64,000 nucleotides of DNA from Actinomycetes bacterium (GTDB lineage Bacteria; Actinomycetota; Thermoleophilia; UBA2241), in the NCBI GenBank assembly GCA_029547745.1, contig JAKPOQ010000004.1, positions 70,432 through 134,431 of the forward strand. The letters are read 5' to 3'. Below the pieces are notes generated by a model. The model saw nothing but the letters and a program-made list of their open reading frames with translations, had not been told where the DNA came from and did no database searches. Shown piece by piece: positions 60,569 to 64,000 of the stretch (position 1 is its first letter; each line of letters opens with the position of its first letter). Both the position numbers and the translations under genes were made by a program.

Positions 60569-61833
60569 GCGGACCGCGCGCTCCTAAGGGTACGTACGAC
60601 CTTCTGCCCGACGAGGCGGCGCAGCGCGACCGGATGGTCGCGACGGCGGCGCACGTCTTCGCCGCCTACGGCTATCGCCACGTCGTCACCCCCGAGTTCG
60701 AAGAGACGAGCCTGTTCGAGCGCGGCGTGGGCGAGGCGACCGACATCGTGCGTAAGGAGATGTACACGTTCACGGACAAGGGCGGCCGTTCGCTGACCCT
60801 GCGTCCCGAGGGCACGGCGCCGATCTGCCGCCTGTACATCGAGCACGGCCTGCACAAGTGGCCGCAGCCGGTGAAGCTCTGGTACTACTGCCCCATGTTC
60901 CGCTACGAGCGGCCGCAGGCCGGCCGCTACCGCGAGCACTACCAGTTGGGCGCCGAGGCGATCGGCTCGGCGGCGCCGGAGGTCGACGCCGAGGTCATCG
61001 CCATGCTCGCCCAGCTCTTCGCGGAGCTCGGCGTCGGCGGCCTGCGTCTGGCGGTCAACAGCATGGGCGACGCGGCCTGCCGGCCCGCCTACGTCGGCCG
61101 GCTCCGCGACTACCTGCGCGGCCGCGAGGCCGAGCTTTGTGGCGACTGTCGCGAGCGCCTCGAGCTGAACCCGCTGCGCACGTTCGACTGCAAGGTCGAG
61201 ACGTGCCGCGCGGTGCTCGACGAGGCGCCGCGCATCGGCGACCACCTCTGTCCGGACTGCCGGGCCCACTTCGACACCGTGCTCGACCTGCTGCGTCGCG
61301 TGGGCCTCGACCCCCAGCTCGACTTCCGCCTCGTCCGCGGCCTCGACTACTACACGCGGACGACGTTCGAGTTCAGCTCCGACCTGCTCGGCGCCCAGAG
61401 CGGCGTCGGCGGCGGAGGACGCTACGACGGCCTCATCGAACAGCTCGGCGGGCCGCCGACGCCCGGCGTCGGCTTCGGGTCCGGCGTGGAGCGCATCGCC
61501 CTGGCGATGGGCGCCCGGGAGGTACCGGCCGCGGCGCCGGTGGCGTTCCTGGTCGCGTTCGCCGCCGAGCGCCGCGGCGACACCTTCGCGCTGGCGCACG
61601 AGCTGCGCCGCGGCGGCCTGGCGGTCGAGCTGGACCTGGCCGCACGCAGTGTGAAGGGCCAGCTCAGGCAGGCCGCCCGCTGCGGCGCCGCGTACGCCGT
61701 CCTCCTGGGTCTCGCGGAGCTCCCCGCAGACATGGTGCGCGTCAAGACCCTCGCCGGCGGCGGGGAAGAGGACGTGCCGGCCGCCGGCCTCGCGGCGTGG
61801 CTGGCGGCGCATCCTCCGAAGGGCGACGCGTGA
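60565..61833 (+). CDS. hisS: histidine--tRNA ligase
   Basis: [33 protein letters not shown]. Confidence 0.98.
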   Translation: MSGPRAPKGTYDLLPDEAAQRDRMVATAAHVFAAYGYRHVVTPEFEETSLFERGVGEATDIVRKEMYTFTDKGGRSLTLRPEGTAPICRLYIEHGLHKWPQPVKLWYYCPMFRYERPQAGRYREHYQLGAEAIGSAAPEVDAEVIAMLAQLFAELGVGGLRLAVNSMGDAACRPAYVGRLRDYLRGREAELCGDCRERLELNPLRTFDCKVETCRAVLDEAPRIGDHLCPDCRAHFDTVLDLLRRVGLDPQLDFRLVRGLDYYTRTTFEFSSDLLGAQSGVGGGGRYDGLIEQLGGPPTPGVGFGSGVERIALAMGAREVPAAAPVAFLVAFAAERRGDTFALAHELRRGGLAVELDLAARSVKGQLRQAARCGAAYAVLLGLAELPADMVRVKTLAGGGEEDVPAAGLAAWLAAHPPKGDA

Positions 61834-63593
61834 GTCTGCGCGACGCGTACCCCGGCGAGCTGCGCCTGGCCGACGTCGGCCGCGAGGTCCGTCTTGCCGG
61901 CTGGGTCGCGCACCGTCGCGACCACGGTAACCTCATCTTCATCGACCTGCGCGACCGCTCCGGCATCGCGCAGCTCGTCGTCGACCCGTCGGAGGCGCCG
62001 GCTGCCCACGCCCTGGCGGGGGAGGTGCGGCCGGAGTACGTGATCGCCGTGCGCGGGGCGGTCGTGGCGCGCAGCGCCGAGACGGTCAACCCGAACCTGC
62101 CGACCGGCGAGATCGAGGTCCGCGTCGCCGCCCTCGACGTCCTCAACGTGGCCAAGACGCCGCCGTTCGAGATCGGCGGCGCCGAGAGCGGCGAGGTCGA
62201 CGAGACCCTGCGCCTGAAGTACCGCTACCTCGACCTGCGGCGGCCGGCGATGCTCGCCAACATGGTTTTGCGCCATACCGTCGTCCAGGCGGCGCGCGCC
62301 TACCTCGACGAGCATCGCTTCCTCGAGATCGAGACGCCGGTCCTGACCAGGTCGACGCCCGAGGGCGCACGCGACTTCCTCGTCCCGGCCCGTCTGCAGC
62401 CGCACCGCTTCTATGCGCTGCCGCAGTCGCCGCAGCTCTTCAAGCAGATCCTCATGGTTGCCGGCGTCGACCGCTACTACCAGATCGCGCGCTGCTTCCG
62501 CGACGAGGACCTGCGCGCCGACCGCCAGCCCGAGCACACGCAGATCGACCTCGAGGTCTCGTTCATGGGCACGGACGAGATCCGCGCCCTCATCGAGGGA
62601 CTCTGCGTGGCCATGTTCGCCGCCATCGGCGAGGAGCTCGAGGCGCCGTTCCCGCTGCTCACGTACGACGAAGCGATGCTGCGCTACGGCTCCGACAAGC
62701 CCGACGTGCGCCACGGGTTCGAGGTGACCGAGCTGAGCGACGTCTTCGTGAGCAGCGGGTTCCAGGTGTTCCGCGGCGCCGTGGACGCCGGCGGCTGCGT
62801 GCGCGCGATCTGCGCCCGCGGCGCGGCCACGCTGCCGCGGGCGCAGATCGACGCGCTCACGGAGGTCGCCAAGGCGAACGGCGCCAAGGGCATGGCCTAC
62901 GTCTATGTCGAGGAGGGCCGCGCTCTGCGGGGCCCGGTGGTGAAGTTCCTGACCGAGGCCGAGCAGGAGGCGGCCGTCGCCCGGACGGCGGCCGAGCCCG
63001 GCGACCTGATCGTCTTCGTCGCCGATCAGGCCGGCGTGGCCGCGCCCGTGCTCGGCGCCTTGCGCGCCGAGCTCATCGCGCGGCTGGCCCCGGCCCCGTC
63101 GCGGCGCTGGGCCCCGCTGTGGGTGATCGACTTCCCCCTCTTCGAGATCGACGCGGAGACGGGGCGGCTCACCTACGGTCACAACCCGTTCAGCCTGCCT
63201 ACGCCCGAGACGCTCCCCCTGCTCGAGACGGACCCGCTCAAGGTCTATGGCGCCCAGTACGACCTCGTCCTCAACGGTCACGAGCTCGGCTCGGGCTCGC
63301 TGCGCAACCATCGCCCCGACATCCAGCGCGCCGTGTTGCGCGCCCTCGGCTTCGACGACGCCCGCATCCAGAGCTCCTTCGGCTTCATGCTCGAAGCGCT
63401 CGAGCACGGCGCACCTCCGCACGGCGGGATCGGTCTCGGGCTCGACCGCCTTGTCATGCTCATGGCCGGCGAGGACTCCATCCGTGATGTGATCGCCTTC
63501 CCCAAGACGGCGTCGGGCAGCGACCCGATGACGGCGGCGCCGGCCGAGGTCACGGCGGCGCAGCTCAGGGAGCTGCGCCTGCGCCTCGGCTGA
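61830..63593 (+). CDS. aspS: aspartate--tRNA ligase (possibly non-discriminating)
   Basis: [50 protein letters not shown]. Confidence 0.98.
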   Translation: MSLRDAYPGELRLADVGREVRLAGWVAHRRDHGNLIFIDLRDRSGIAQLVVDPSEAPAAHALAGEVRPEYVIAVRGAVVARSAETVNPNLPTGEIEVRVAALDVLNVAKTPPFEIGGAESGEVDETLRLKYRYLDLRRPAMLANMVLRHTVVQAARAYLDEHRFLEIETPVLTRSTPEGARDFLVPARLQPHRFYALPQSPQLFKQILMVAGVDRYYQIARCFRDEDLRADRQPEHTQIDLEVSFMGTDEIRALIEGLCVAMFAAIGEELEAPFPLLTYDEAMLRYGSDKPDVRHGFEVTELSDVFVSSGFQVFRGAVDAGGCVRAICARGAATLPRAQIDALTEVAKANGAKGMAYVYVEEGRALRGPVVKFLTEAEQEAAVARTAAEPGDLIVFVADQAGVAAPVLGALRAELIARLAPAPSRRWAPLWVIDFPLFEIDAETGRLTYGHNPFSLPTPETLPLLETDPLKVYGAQYDLVLNGHELGSGSLRNHRPDIQRAVLRALGFDDARIQSSFGFMLEALEHGAPPHGGIGLGLDRLVMLMAGEDSIRDVIAFPKTASGSDPMTAAPAEVTAAQLRELRLRLG

Positions 63594-63765
63594 CGGCGCC
63601 GCGCTCCATACGGTTCGGGTACGCCGCCGTCCTCGAGGCCTTCGCCCTCGACCGCTCGCCGGCTCGCCGCCGTTCTCGCGGACATGGCGCTCGGTCCGTG
63701 TCAGGCTCACCGCGACCCCTCGATGACGCCTTCCGCTCAAGCTTCGCGCAGGGTTGCCGAGAGGA

Positions 63766-63794
63766 TTGTTGAAAGAAACGGCGTTTGCTAGGAT
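63766..63794 (+). promoter_or_regulatory. promoter for 6S RNA (TTGTTG-17-TAGGAT, extended TG)
   Basis: -10 ends 6 nt before the first paired base of the RNA. Confidence 0.65.
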
Positions 63795-63800
63795 GGCGCC

Positions 63801-63946
63801 GCTCGACCTTGTGCGTGGCCTCGCGACGTTCTCGAGCCAACACGAACACACGGGGAGCTCATCTTCGGTGCGTCCGTGGATGTGCCGAGAGAGCACCCAC
63901 CTGCGAGAGCAGGTTCGAGAATCAAGCGAGCACGGCAAGGTGGAGC
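63801..63946 (+). ncRNA. ssrS: 6S RNA
   Basis: Rod fold: 5' gctc-g-accttg..cgtg..ctcgc pairs with 3' gcgag-cacg-g-caaggt-g-gagc; ttctcgagcc/ggttcgagaa; A/C-rich central bubble aacacgaacacac; terminal stem; located after aspS as in Firmicutes. Confidence 0.82.
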
Positions 63947-63967
63947 ACTACTTTTCGGAGGGCGAGC

Positions 63968-64000
63968 ATGGGCATCATGTCGCGTAACCGGTCCTTCCTC
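63968..64000 (+). CDS. possible start of a gene running off the window
   Basis: SD GGAGG then ATG GGC ATC ATG TCG CGT...; only 11 codons visible. Confidence 0.3.
   Translation, partial: MGIMSRNRSFL

Noticed and set aside
63754-63987. 77-aa ORF after aspS
   Set aside because: Overlaps the promoter and the 6S-like structure; no SD or recognisable protein features.

Overview
High-GC bacterial chromosomal segment. Gene order (polA-rpsA-coaE-uvrB-uvrA-uvrC-rapZ-yvcK-whiA-gap-pgk-tpi-gpmI-secG; recJ-relA-hisS-aspS), a Gram-positive LexA box and an MttB-family gene suggest a deep-branching, probably anaerobic actinobacterium (inference). 1-17.5 kb is accessory: tandem BldC/MerR-HTH+GAF regulators, two saccharopine-dehydrogenase-family genes, MFS, non-pyrrolysine MttB, two decayed genes, RND pump, ADP-ribosylglycohydrolase, M20 peptidase, DUF72, tRNA-Leu and a STAS-HATPase fusion. 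The rest is mostly core genes plus an Opp/Dpp ABC operon. The best candidate for an undescribed system is a divergent gene pair between whiA and gap. One gene encodes a ~1430-aa dikinase-like protein with PPDK ATP-grasp and phospho-His domains, no pyruvate-binding barrel and a ~930-aa unknown N-terminus. The other encodes an atypical second GAPDH-like enzyme with altered cofactor and phosphate-site motifs. Features the ORF track misses: a 6S RNA after aspS, a 51-aa membrane protein coupled to an SSS transporter, short NTGA-coupled uORFs before uvrB, recJ and DUF72, and a frameshifted bacterioferritin-like remnant. All calls are from reading the sequence; no searches were run.
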